Shown here one piece after another: positions 57,887 to 64,000 of a DNA stretch of 64,000 bases (the first letter of the stretch is position 1; each line of letters opens with the position of its first letter). Both the position numbers and the translations under genes were made by a program. Source of the stretch: Eledone cirrhosa (taxonomy: Eukaryota); contig OZ024743.1 of assembly GCA_964016885.1 (NCBI GenBank), forward strand, positions 46,748,001-46,812,000. The letters run 5' to 3'. The notes under the pieces were generated by a model that was not told where the DNA came from, searched no databases, and saw only the letters and a list, made by a program, of their open reading frames with translations.

Positions 57887-60800
57887 GAACAAGGTCAGAA
57901 TTCTCTTTTTTCTTTAATAAATATTGGTCAAATTTCACCAATATTTCTCAAAATTATATTGTGCAATAAATATCATTTTGTAGACTATTAAAATCTAATG
58001 TGATTTGTGTGTTTTGTTTCTTTTTTTCCGATTTTGAATACAGTTGGATAATTTCTACCAGTGTCTACCAAAAATAGCTCCTAATAAACCATCTTTCAGT
58101 GACTTGTAAATACTCTCAATTTCTATCAGAACCTCACTCAATGTGGTTTCTTTTAACCTCCACACTTTCAGGATTGGTTGATATTTCCTCTGCTAAGCTC
58201 TCCTTCCACCTTTAAGTCACAGACTAGATGTTGTTATATAACAACCTCCTCCTCTAGGATCACCTTTGTATCATGAAGGTATCTCCTATCTCGCTTATGT
58301 GCCATCAGTTAGTCGACAGTAGATGATGACTTAACCAATATGTACATTACAAGTTTGTTGACTTCTTTCTAGAATTGAGTTTTACAGATTAACATCTCAG
58401 CTCTATCTGCAAACTTCAAAACCCTTTCACCTTCTTCAATCCTCACCCCATGCCCATGGACTCCCTCAAAACCAGCCATACTCCTTCCCATATGTCCATT
58501 ATATTTAAAATCCTTCCATCATAATTTTATGTAAGAATGTTTAAGATAACGTCATATTACTAAATCACTCAAAATTCTTTTTATTATTTTCAAAATCATC
58601 AGAAACACATAGGCAAATTTCATCTGAAATATGGGGAGGGAGAGATATATTTACTCACTTTTTCTTCTTAGCAGAATGTGATGCAGTACCTCCTGATTCT
58701 TTTCTGGGCCTGCCTGGGCCTCGCTTTTGCTGAATTCCAATATTTTCATTCAAATCACCAGCAGTGCTTGACTGAGAAGAATCTACTGTAGCTGAAGACA
58801 ATAAGCCATCAGCTTCCAGGAACATATTTGGAGATGATTGTAATTCACTATCAGATTTATTCTGAGAATCATCAAAATATGTATTTCTATCAGCAAGATT
58901 ACTAGTGTTGCTTTCTTTGGTATCCATGTTCTCTTCATATTTTAATTCTCCTGGTTCGAATGAAAGTTGTTGCATTAATACTGATTGAGATTTCGGAGAT
59001 GAAGCTTGTTCTAAGGAAGATACTGAATACACTTGTGTAGGATGTCTATATGAAGACAGGCTCTGGTCATTTGTTGTTTCATTATCAGGTCCCCAATCCA
59101 TTTCTTGTGATAGAGATTGTTCCGACAATGGATGACTTGAAGAAGATTCTGAACATTTCGGAGACTGATCAGACTGCATATATTGTCTACTTTCTGATTT
59201 CTGTTTGGATAGATCAGACAAATGTGGCTTATTTGAGTTTTCAAACTCATATTCAAGATCCTGAAGTTGTTCAATTATAGGGCTTTTTGAAATATAATGG
59301 AGATTTGAGTTCTCTGTAGAAACACTTCCCTTGGTTACCTGATGATTGTTGTCTAATTTCTTTTTATGCTGCAACAGTTTAGTCTGATCTAAATTATTAT
59401 TATCAGAATCAGATTTAGTTTCAGATTCTGTCATAAATTCCTGATTTAAATTAACATCCTTTTTTCCTGAAATTTGTACTTCTTCATTTACCATTAGTTC
59501 AGTAGTTGTTGTTGAGATTTCTGTTCCTGGGAAAGATTTTTCGTTATCTACTGACTGCTCTGACATTTCAACAGACTGAACTGAAGGTGAATTTTGCTTT
59601 GTGTTTGACTCTGGTGGTTTATTTAGAGAGTCTGCTTTATAGGATATAACAAATTGTTCTTGCTTGGCCATTTCAGAACTAGTAATTTCTGGTTTTACTT
59701 CCTGAATATGTAATTCAGATGCAGAATCTGTAAGAGATTCTACATCTGAGTTCTCAGAAGAAACTAAATGCAAGTTTGTACTGACAAATGAAACTGATTG
59801 TATCCCTGATTCAGAAGTGTCGACTGACTGCATTTCGGGCCAAGACGATTGCTGGGTCAGCTCAGATGCTGGAAGTGATTCAAGTTGTATTTCAACTGAT
59901 GAAACAGTTTGTACATCAGTGTCTAAAGCAGATTTACTTAATGACACACTGAATTGAGGAATACTTTGCCCTGATTCAGTAACTTGATACAATACCACCT
60001 GTTTTTCTTCTCCATCGACATCGGATTGTAAAAATTTAATTTTCCCTTCTTTAATTTGATCCCTCACTCCCATAGATAGTGTTTCTGGAAGTGACACTGA
60101 CAGCACATTTGACTTAACTGTTTGAAAAGCATAAAATTGTCCCTCTTGTTCAGTTGTTGTTGGAAGATTACCTACATTTTCTTGAGTTGAAATAACCTGT
60201 TGCTCTTCAATTGATAATGTATTTTGTTCCTCTGAATTTGCTGCAGAAAACAGTGATTGATTTATTTCAGAATGTTGCTGTTGTTCTGGTACAGGCTGTT
60301 CTGTTGTATGATGATGAGACATAGAAACTAAAGATTGCTGTTGGTTTTCTATTCCATCTTGGTGTTGATTTTCTGAAAGTTGTTTCTGTAATTGTGATTT
60401 TGTACAGAACTCTATATTTTGATTGGGATCTGACCCAAGTTGCTGAGATTTTTCTTGTTCAGATGACGATGATACAAGTTGCTCTTGTTGTTTTATCAAT
60501 TCTGAAAGTGTTTGTGATGTTTCCTGTTGGTTCGGCTCAAAAGATTCTGAAAAGGTTTGTTGATCTGACTCTATTGCATTCTGCTGTTGTAAATCAATCT
60601 CAGAAATAACTGCCTGTAGCTGCTCAGTTTCTATAATCTGTTCCTTCTGATCACATTTTAAGACCATTTCTTGTGATTGTGACAGTTCCGATATTTCTGT
60701 CTGTTCGTAGTTCGACAAAATTTCCTGTGGCAGTTGCTCATCGTGAGGTACCATTTCTGACATTTGATTATTTTCTAATAACATTTGCTGTTGTTCATCT

Positions 60801-62019
60801 TCTGACACCATTACTCGCATTTGTACAGCTTCAGATGGCAATTGTTGCTGTAGTTCAACTTCGGACATGATATGTTGTTGTTGTTGATCAACTTCAGAAA
60901 TCATGTGATGTGGCTCAGTTACACCTTCATGCAGTTGTTGCTGCCCCTGTTGAACCTCAGTCATTGTCTGTTGCTGCTCAACTTGAGATACCATCTCTTG
61001 CAGTTGCACACTTGAGATTTGCTGCTGCTGTTGCTGATGTTGAAGATCAGTTACCATCTGCTGTAGGTGCTCAACATCAGACACCACATCGTGCATATGC
61101 ACAGTGTCAGAAATGTGCTGTTGGTGTTCAACCTCAGAAACTTCTTGCTGCTGATGTTGCTCAACTTCAGAGATGATCTCTTCATGCTGCAACTGTTGTT
61201 GTTGTTGTTGTTGTTCAATTTCAGAGATCATCTCATCAGATTGCCGTTCGACTTGAGCCACCATCTGTTGTTGCTGGTCTTCTATTTCTAATATTACATC
61301 TGCCTCTCTCTCTTCACTTATAATCTGCTCTTGTTTCTTCTCACCCTCAGCAATCATATGATGCTGTTCCACATCGGTAACTAAATGCTGTGATTGCAAA
61401 ATTTCCTGCATCTGCTCAACAGTTTGTGCTTGTTGCTGCACATCTTCAGCAATCTGTTGTTGCTGCTCAACCTCAGACAACACGTACTGTTGGTGTTGGT
61501 GCGCAACTTCCTCAGACAAAATCTGCTGTTGTTGTTGTTGTTGTTGCTGCTGCTCTCCTTCACAAACTATCTGTTGTAAATGAACCTCACCTTCACATAC
61601 AATCTGCTGGAAATGCTGCTCACCTTCACACATAATACTCTGCTGTTGAAAATCTTGTAACCTAATTTCTTGATCAGTTATTTCAGATGTAATTTCTTGC
61701 TGTTGCTCATCAATACATACAATATCCTGCTGGTTGTCACCTTCAGAGACAATGGCCGATTCAATCTCTTGATGCTGCTTGTCTTCAGACATTTCTTGTT
61801 GCAATTCACTTTGTGACATAATTTTTACTTGTTCTCCTGAAACTATTTCAACTTGCTGCTGTTGTTGTTTAACACTCTCAGATAATATCTCTTCTTGGTT
61901 CATATCATGAAGTTCAACTAATTGCTGGTTGTCATTTTCTGATGTAGAAACAATTTGTTGCAAAATGCTTTCCATAACAATTTCTTGCTGTTGTTGTTTA
62001 GCTTCCAACACAATCTCTG

Positions 62020-62076
<57 letters not shown>

Positions 62077-64000
62077 CAGTCTGCTCAGATTCTGATATAG
62101 CCTGCTCTGTTGTTGTTGAGATTTCCAAATGATCGGGTGAAATTCCAACATGGTGCTCTTCTGATGTCAACACAATCTGTTGCTGTTCATTTGACTTACA
62201 AACAATTTCTTCTTTCTGTTGTTGTCCAGATTCCAACAAAATTCGTTGTTGCTGAGTAAATGTAGAGTCGGATACAACCTGTAAGAGTTGATCTGATTCT
62301 GTTAGAATAGGTTGCCATTGTTCACACTTTGGCAAAGTCTTCTGCTGTGATTGTTCTTCAGATTCATAATTTTGTTGTTTCTCATCAAATTGTTGTAGTT
62401 CCTGCTCTGTTTCAGTCATGAACTGTGTTTGTTCAGGAATATATTGCACTTGCTGTTCCTCAATATACTGTGTCTCATGCTCTGACTGAGGTATAAACTG
62501 CAGCTGCTCGGGTGAAGTCAAATGAGATGGTAATTCTTCTGATACACAGTGCAGTTGCTCTTCTGCGATAGATGCTTGCTGTTCTTCTGATACATATTGT
62601 TCAGCTGCCCTAAACTGATCGTGCTGTTCCTGCAGTTCAAACTCCATGTGTTTCTCAGATGAAAATTCTGTCTCCTGATCTCCAGACTCAAACTCACTTT
62701 GTTGATCATGAGAAGTAAATTGCACTTGCTGTTCCTCCGAGATGTACTGAACTTGTTGATCCTCTGAGATGTACTCAACTTGTTGTTCCTCTGAAATGAA
62801 CTCGACTTGTTGTTCCTCCGAGATGAACTCAACTTGCTGCTCTCCTTGCAGATGTAAGAATTGAACATGCTGCTCATTGGGTATTTGCACAAACTCCATT
62901 TGTGGTTCTGCAGATATTGTTTCAAACTGCATTTGCTCCTCTTCAGATATTGACTCGATTTGAACTTCTTGAGCTTCAGACTCTGCCCCAACAAACTGAG
63001 AAATTTGTTCAGATTCTGTTGCAAGCTGAGGTAAGACTTTTGCTGGAGATTGTTCTTCAGAAACCAATGCCAACTGCACTTGATCCTCTGATGATACAAA
63101 AGAGATTTTCTGTTGTTCAGATTCAACAATGATTGCTTCTTTCTTTTTAGATGATTCACATTTCTTTTCTTCTTCTTCTTCTTCTTCTTCTTCATCTTCT
63201 TCATCTTCTTCTTCTTCTTCGAGTTGTTCTTTCGATACAAACTGCTGTAAATGTACCGATTCTTGTAGCTCTTGCTGCTGGAGTGACTTTTGTAAAATGT
63301 ACTCTGAAGTAATTTGCTGTTGCATGTTGGAAATCTCTTGCCATTCTTGCTTGGTTTCTTGTCTAGAATCTGCTTCAGAAGATTCTGATTCGAGATATTG
63401 TGGTTGTTCCATTTCTGGGTTAACAGTATGTTCATATTCATGATCATAATGGGGAACTGGTTGTGTTTGTTCAGATTCCGCCATTGGTACTTGTTGCTGG
63501 CTTGTATCTGATTCAAGACTTTGCAAGTTTTCTGATCCTGGTGTGACTGGCTTTGATTCAGATATAGCCAATTGAGAATGTGACTCATCTTCCTGTTGTT
63601 GAAACTCTGACTCACAATCTTGAATTTCTGACAGAGATCTATGAGAATTACCCATTTCAACATCATCCACATCAGTAACAGAATCTTGAAGTTTAGCATC
63701 ATCAATAGGCTGAATTTTTGGTTCCACTTCATGTTGTTGTGAACCATCAACCTGTGGCTCTGGAGATAAATTTGGTCTTGTATCTGGCAACGGGAATTGT
63801 TGTACATCCTCTTGTTGCTCTGATACAAGTAAAACATCTTGTGTTTCAAATTGCTGAACTTGTGTCTCAAATTGTTGTGGCTGTTCGGTTTGCTGTTCGA
63901 CAGTTGTTGGGTGAAATAATACTTGTTCATAACTGTGTACTGTTGATAACTCTTGTGAAGAGTCTGTTTCCTGCTTCCATAACTGGCTATTTTTCGATAT
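25830..64000 (-). CDS. KMT2C: Histone-lysine N-methyltransferase 2C/MLL3-like gene (KMT2C/D family), N-terminal portion, 21 coding exons; incomplete at both ends in this window
   Basis: Manually joined exons with AG acceptors, GT donors (one GC) and consistent phases. They encode an AT-hook (KRGPGRPRK), an ePHD (CSFCNCGENSLLGQG...DELSLVG...HQSCACWSEG...CSYCHRYGATITC...HYPCA...LCPEH) and PHD clusters (CSQCGQCYHPYC, GWRCLDCTVCEGC...[31 protein letters not shown]). Motifs and order match what I recall of vertebrate KMT2C/KMT2D. Confidence 0.93.
26100..26352 (-). mobile_element. Degenerate tRNA-derived SINE
   Basis: Minus strand tggcctagtcgttaaggtgttgagcttatgatcgtaaggttgtgttctcaattctagg head, similar to the copies at 36513 and 57528. 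Confidence 0.6.
26840..27068 (+). mobile_element. Old degenerate RTE 3' remnant
   Basis: Decayed RRL-W/GRP-K-W region and tail aacccatacaaacaggtaaaagcaggcgtaaaaatgctgatgatg. Confidence 0.5.
27226..27390 (-). CDS. KMT2C: KMT2C-like exon T (CVWCVNCGSTSPG...[11 protein letters not shown]...IQCVQCDR)
   Basis: tttgtag acceptor, AG|gtaagt donor, 165 bp. Confidence 0.95.
27999..28180 (-). CDS. KMT2C: KMT2C-like exon S, PHD (VTKVVLQKGWRCLDCTVCEGC...[32 protein letters not shown])
   Basis: tttttag acceptor, TG|gtaagt donor, 182 bp. Confidence 0.95.
28681..29054. repeat. ~187-bp tandem duplication
   Basis: cctccacaggctaaaaccattaag... at 28681 and 28868, ending tgcccttcct; differences are small indels. 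Confidence 0.92.
29338..29442 (-). CDS. KMT2C: KMT2C-like exon R, PHD (DICKTCGSIGIGEESRVIICSQCGQCYHPYCVNIK)
   Basis: tttctag acceptor, AAG|gtaagt donor, 105 bp. Confidence 0.95.
29610..30490 (+). mobile_element. Degenerate 3' fragment of a different RTE-clade (Rex3/Expander-like) LINE
   Basis: Translates as ..FDDNMVL..DLRHALDRF..GMKISAAKTE..FKYLG..ITSDGR..PTLTYGHE.. with stops and frameshifts. Confidence 0.75.
30656..31490 (-). mobile_element. 5'-truncated RTE fragment (PHD-bearing family) with (GAT)n tail
   Basis: ORF 30868-31197 GWKKFRELL...LYDACVRSAMLHGSE...ERRLRWYGHVMRM; degenerate WPCSIC...C..C..WVHKRCSG upstream. Confidence 0.88.
31912..32007 (-). CDS. KMT2C: KMT2C-like exon Q (SLYPTAMDNGEIDDHPSTVVIANSKDEYVLEQ)
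   Basis: tttgtag acceptor, CAG|gtaaat donor, 96 bp; resembles the HxTVVL...D.F.L.Q segment of KMT2C. Confidence 0.88.
33645..33752 (-). CDS. KMT2C: KMT2C-like exon P, Arg-rich (GRPIAAERRRQRPTSLGDRRRGPRTKVKTGQNVGNQ)
   Basis: tatttag acceptor, CAA|gtaaat donor, 108 bp; basic segment preceding the second PHD cluster. Confidence 0.8.
35192..35424. mobile_element. TTAA-flanked MITE (piggyBac-like termini CCCTTT...AAAGGG)
   Basis: TTAA|CCCTTT at 35188-35197 and AAAGGG|TTAA at 35419-35428; related internal sequence near 27690-27896, 32700-32948, 37105-37388, 38663-39066 and 50706-50952. Confidence 0.7.
35997..36140 (-). CDS. KMT2C: KMT2C-like exon O (GSLLQLTSLPACGSTWTK...GRKKIGAGRPK)
   Basis: ttatag acceptor, AAA|gtatgt donor, 144 bp, phase 0. 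Confidence 0.72.
36513..36720 (+). mobile_element. tRNA-derived SINE
   Basis: A-box-like tggcctagtgg, B-box-like gattcgattcc, then the body gtgtccttaagcaagatgcttcatttcacattgctccagt. Confidence 0.7.
38326..38453 (-). CDS. KMT2C: KMT2C-like exon N (GDSSSMKEDMAGENTVQSSQDSFYLNDDSTSSMDIDMSSLEK)
   Basis: ttttcag acceptor, AAA|gtatgt donor, 128 bp, phase 1 to phase 0. Confidence 0.78.
38795..38970 (-). mobile_element. SINE nested in a TTAA MITE
   Basis: Body actggtactttatt..atcgacccc..gatgaaaggcaaagt.acctcggc.ggatttgaactcaga is shared with copies near 32250-32370, 32455-32660, 46480-46690 and 48990-49290. Confidence 0.7.
39256..39316 (-). CDS. KMT2C: KMT2C-like exon M (LCSSISIRSQDEMFEELSTK)
   Basis: poly-T-acag acceptor, G|gtatga donor, 61 bp, phase 0 to phase 1. 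Confidence 0.75.
39432..39450 (+). promoter_or_regulatory. CTCF-like core motif
   Basis: gggCCAGCAGAGGGCGCtc matches the CCASYAGRKGGCRS consensus. Confidence 0.5.
39458..39559. repeat. 34-bp tandem repeat x3
   Basis: gtgcctagcaacggggtgaacgccagtttgggca at 39458, 39492 and 39526. Confidence 0.95.
39613..39778. repeat. 71-bp tandem repeat x2.3
   Basis: agtggagatagcggcgcctatgaa... at 39613, 39684 and 39755. Confidence 0.95.
40288..43960 (+). mobile_element. Full-length RTE-clade LINE (second subfamily), antisense within a KMT2C intron
   Basis: 5'UTR motif shared with the 17439 copy; intact ORF; (GAT)7 tail at 43940-43960; 5' boundary approximate. Confidence 0.93.
40536..43655 (+). CDS. RTE ORF (1039 aa): APE endonuclease + RT + PHD-like finger
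   Basis: Uninterrupted ATG-to-stop ORF with CVQETRW, GDFNGHVG, NYRGIKL, DLEKAFD, QGSVLS(T)LLF and YADD. Confidence 0.93.
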   Translation: MNLRATKHPREVPTQRPSPTSVDKCPKLRVGTINVGSMKGRAGEIVEMLERKEVDVCCVQETRWRGGSARVLVGKSQCYKFFWVGNDDGMGGVGILLADKWVDKVISVYRVNARIIKLRLVLNKTITTIISAYAPQSGLPDELKDRFYESLIHTTALTDDKDFLIISGDFNGHVGKHCDDFNRVHGGHGVGTRNEEGFRLLEFCDANDMSICNTNFKKPNNHLITYRSGEHSSQLDFILIRGRDRWTVVNTKAFPSEECTSQHSLVVSDLTVRTRRTRKQRPTWRRKIWKLKVPSTSNRFKDILLNAYDSKEEQIETFNVEENWEFLKNNLLEATDEVCGWSKTSSRRRVTWWWNNKVDEAVKAKRQAWKEWKNGGSRVHYIETKREARRQVYLARREAEDRKFKHVLQREDQKQEVFKIARQCVRDSCDVIGEKCIRNDKGELALTSAEKKDAWKSHYDRLLNEENAWEEETLPHVDPIEGPAVQVSGSVVSKAIRDMKIGKATGPSGIAAEMLKASGSVGHTITTRIVNQVILEGAIPKDWCSSIIVNCYKGKGNALDRGNYRGIKLMDQVMKVTERVMAQLIRDRVNIDEMQFGFVPGKGTTDALFLVRQLQEKYLAKSKPLYLTFVDLEKAFDRVPRAVIWWALRKLGVGEWLVKAVQAMYRGAVSKVRISNEYSEEFSVQVGVHQGSVLSTLLFIIVLQAITEEFKTGCPWELLYADDLALIAESMVELENKFQTWKQGLERKGLKVNMTKTKVLVSRRENRTQIPSGKWPCSVCRKGVGRNSILCPKCKQWVHKRCSGISGSLIKNVGFTCSSCAETASKQPQETSTTNLWEGPVETVDSFCYLGDRISNGGGCSEGTITRVRTGWKKFRELLPLLAAKGFSLRMKGRLYDACIRTAMLHGSETWALKVEDLRRLERNEACMLRWMCNSNIRERQSIKELRERLSIRGIKCCVQERRLRWYGHVMRMKDDSCIKRCRALEVDGNRGVGRPKMTWDEVIKANLTQLHLSKSMTHDCDFWRHAVIQGTRPPMGTC
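44264..44378 (-). CDS. KMT2C: KMT2C-like exon L (YVHAEC...DYVCTICRNRDSE)
   Basis: ctccttag acceptor, GAG|gtaatt donor, 115 bp; completes a PHD finger. Confidence 0.9.
45128..45318 (-). CDS. KMT2C: KMT2C-like exon K (NCRVCGDCGSRTPGSGPSSRWHLNYSVCDSCYQQRNKGLSCPLCGKAY...CKIC)
   Basis: poly-T-cag acceptor, AA|gtgagt donor, 191 bp. Confidence 0.93.
46748..46862 (-). CDS. KMT2C: KMT2C-like exon J, PHD finger (QSGEESKMLFCDNCDKGYHTFCLKP...NGWKCK)
   Basis: tttctag acceptor, 115 bp; the donor must be AAG|gcatgt (GC) to stay in frame with the next exon. Confidence 0.9.
47954..48131 (-). CDS. KMT2C: KMT2C-like exon I, PHD finger (CTSC...LLFCTTCGGHYHGHC...RAGWQCPRCKIC)
   Basis: ttctag acceptor, AG|gtaagt donor, 178 bp. 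Confidence 0.93.
48686..48743 (-). CDS. KMT2C: KMT2C-like exon H (DIKGPSLLCPEHTDQAETI)
   Basis: ttttag acceptor, G|gtaagt donor, 58 bp; LLCPEH end of ePHD. Confidence 0.9.
49462..49566 (-). CDS. KMT2C: KMT2C-like exon G (KCSYCHRYGATITCRIPRCTKKYHYPCAASSGCFQ)
   Basis: ttttcag acceptor, gtaagt donor, 105 bp, phase 0. Confidence 0.93.
50474..50583 (-). CDS. KMT2C: KMT2C-like exon F (HVWGHQSCACWSEGV...VDRAVFAGLTQ)
   Basis: ttttag acceptor, CAG|gtaagt donor, 110 bp; ePHD WxHxxCxxWSxGV motif. Confidence 0.92.
51757..53516 (-). mobile_element. Chapaev3-like (CMC superfamily) DNA transposon, 1760 bp
   Basis: TAA|CACCGTGAAACA ... TGTTACATGGTG|TAA: CAC...GTG termini, imperfect TIRs and a 3-bp TAA TSD. 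Confidence 0.8.
52039..53244 (-). CDS. Chapaev3-type transposase, N-terminally truncated (401 codons)
   Basis: Motifs WRLFIDSS..SLKAVLLHNGN, GLQGG..CFLC.WDSR, MPPLHIKLGL..QFVKAL, SEEQG.RFHQD; family assignment from recall. Confidence 0.75.
   Translation of the reverse strand: MLKGGLKRFIEKVPHFPNQKEVNGFGRDMGLTKSNAELFVSRMKQWNLVKKEVQVTSQRSRHKPFSSFYTLRDGLCFCYDVPGLFDVIGVLFVPKVWRLFIDSSTTSLKAVLLHNGNKFPTLPLAHSVCLKEDYYSVKVLLEALQYNQYNWEIIGDFNMVAFLLGLQGGFIKFQCFLCSWDSRATSDHYKRKNWEQRTEFVVGTQNIMWEPLVDPRIVLMPPLHIKLGLLKQFVKALNQESAAFKYLLEFFPKLSEAKIKGGIFVGPQIKKVFESTECSNKLNRIERTAWNCFKAFVKGFLGNYRAENYQQQVQDLIKAFGAMGCRISLKLHMLDAHLDKFKDNMGTYSEEQGKRFHQDVKEIERRYQGHYNEKMMGDYIWGLVWECDLDYNSKSRKSSHF
53697..53836 (-). CDS. 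KMT2C: KMT2C-like exon E (ERSKSPRR...VDELSLVGHSEDVDVHQVYEIT)
   Basis: ttgtag acceptor, G|gtaagt donor, 140 bp; DELSLVG motif. Confidence 0.92.
54283..54498 (-). CDS. KMT2C: KMT2C-like exon D, start of extended PHD (SRTCSFCNCGENSLLGQG...)
   Basis: tttcacag acceptor, AG|gtaatg donor, 216 bp; CxxCxCGExSxLGQG motif. Confidence 0.92.
55447..55537 (-). CDS. KMT2C: KMT2C-like exon C (ENPCVEAIDNSIIQSSERQLSEDSNSSGIL)
   Basis: tttctag acceptor, AG|gtaata donor, 91 bp; bridges phase 1 to phase 2 as required. Confidence 0.75.
56467..56702 (-). CDS. KMT2C: KMT2C-like exon B (RIKSCGRKPKYNPVESFSPDIAMDIPTES...ETPSG)
   Basis: ttcttcag acceptor, G|gtaaca donor, 236 bp, phase 2 to phase 1. Confidence 0.8.
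56990..57210. mobile_element. TTAA-flanked MITE with 14-bp TIRs
   Basis: TTAA|CACTTTAGCATTTA ... TAAATGCTAAAGGG|TTAA (13/14 inverted match). Confidence 0.8.
57528..57670 (+). mobile_element. tRNA-derived SINE, 5' part
   Basis: tggcttagtggttagagc A-box-like, gagttcaattct B-box-like; body as at 36513. Confidence 0.7.
57700..57886 (+). mobile_element. RTE 3'-tail fragment with long (GAT)n tail
   Basis: First ~110 bp match the 3'UTR of the 40288-43960 element. Confidence 0.85.
58060..58500 (-). pseudogene. Ancient RTE endonuclease remnant
   Basis: NGHMGRSMAGFEGVHGHGVRIEEGERVLKFADRAEMLICKTQF* resembles RTE NGHVG..VHGG..RNEEG.RLLEFCD. Confidence 0.65.
58659..64000 (-). CDS. KMT2C: KMT2C-like exon A: giant Gln/Glu-rich low-complexity exon with C-terminal AT-hook (open to window edge)
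   Basis: ORF 58655..63790 stays open another 70 codons to base 64000. It ends AAG AAA AA|gtgagt (phase 2) and joins in frame to exon 56467-56702. Confidence 0.85.

Noticed and set aside
62518-63930. 470-aa alternative-frame ORF on the minus strand
   Set aside because: Shifted-frame by-product of the Q/E-biased codons of the giant exon (N/K/S-rich, no domain).

Overview
Eukaryotic, AT-rich, repeat-dense genomic DNA; the repeat families and very long (TA)n arrays suggest a coleoid cephalopod such as Octopus (inference). From the right edge down to 25830, the minus strand carries 21 phase-consistent coding exons of the N-terminal part of a KMT2C/MLL3-type (KMT2C/D family) H3K4 methyltransferase gene. 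These comprise a giant (>=5.3 kb) Gln/Glu-rich exon ending in an AT-hook, an extended PHD and two PHD-finger clusters; one intron is GC-AG. I found no further exon in 1-25829, which is a nest of retroelements embedded in same-polarity TA/TACA microsatellites. It holds two tandem bipartite RTE-derived non-autonomous elements, Penelope-like pLTR pieces each with a minimal hammerhead ribozyme (10680-10724 minus, 14796-14855 plus), a Helitron, a ~643-bp tandem array and three copies of an RTE-clade LINE. A second intact RTE ORF, a Chapaev3-like DNA transposon, TTAA-flanked MITEs and tRNA-derived SINEs lie in the KMT2C introns. The most notable observations are a C4HC3 PHD-type finger embedded within the RT region of the RTE LINEs, the two hammerheads, the >=1,780-aa Q/E-rich N-terminal extension of KMT2C, and the use of TA arrays as retroelement landing pads. 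All calls were made by eye; no searches were run.
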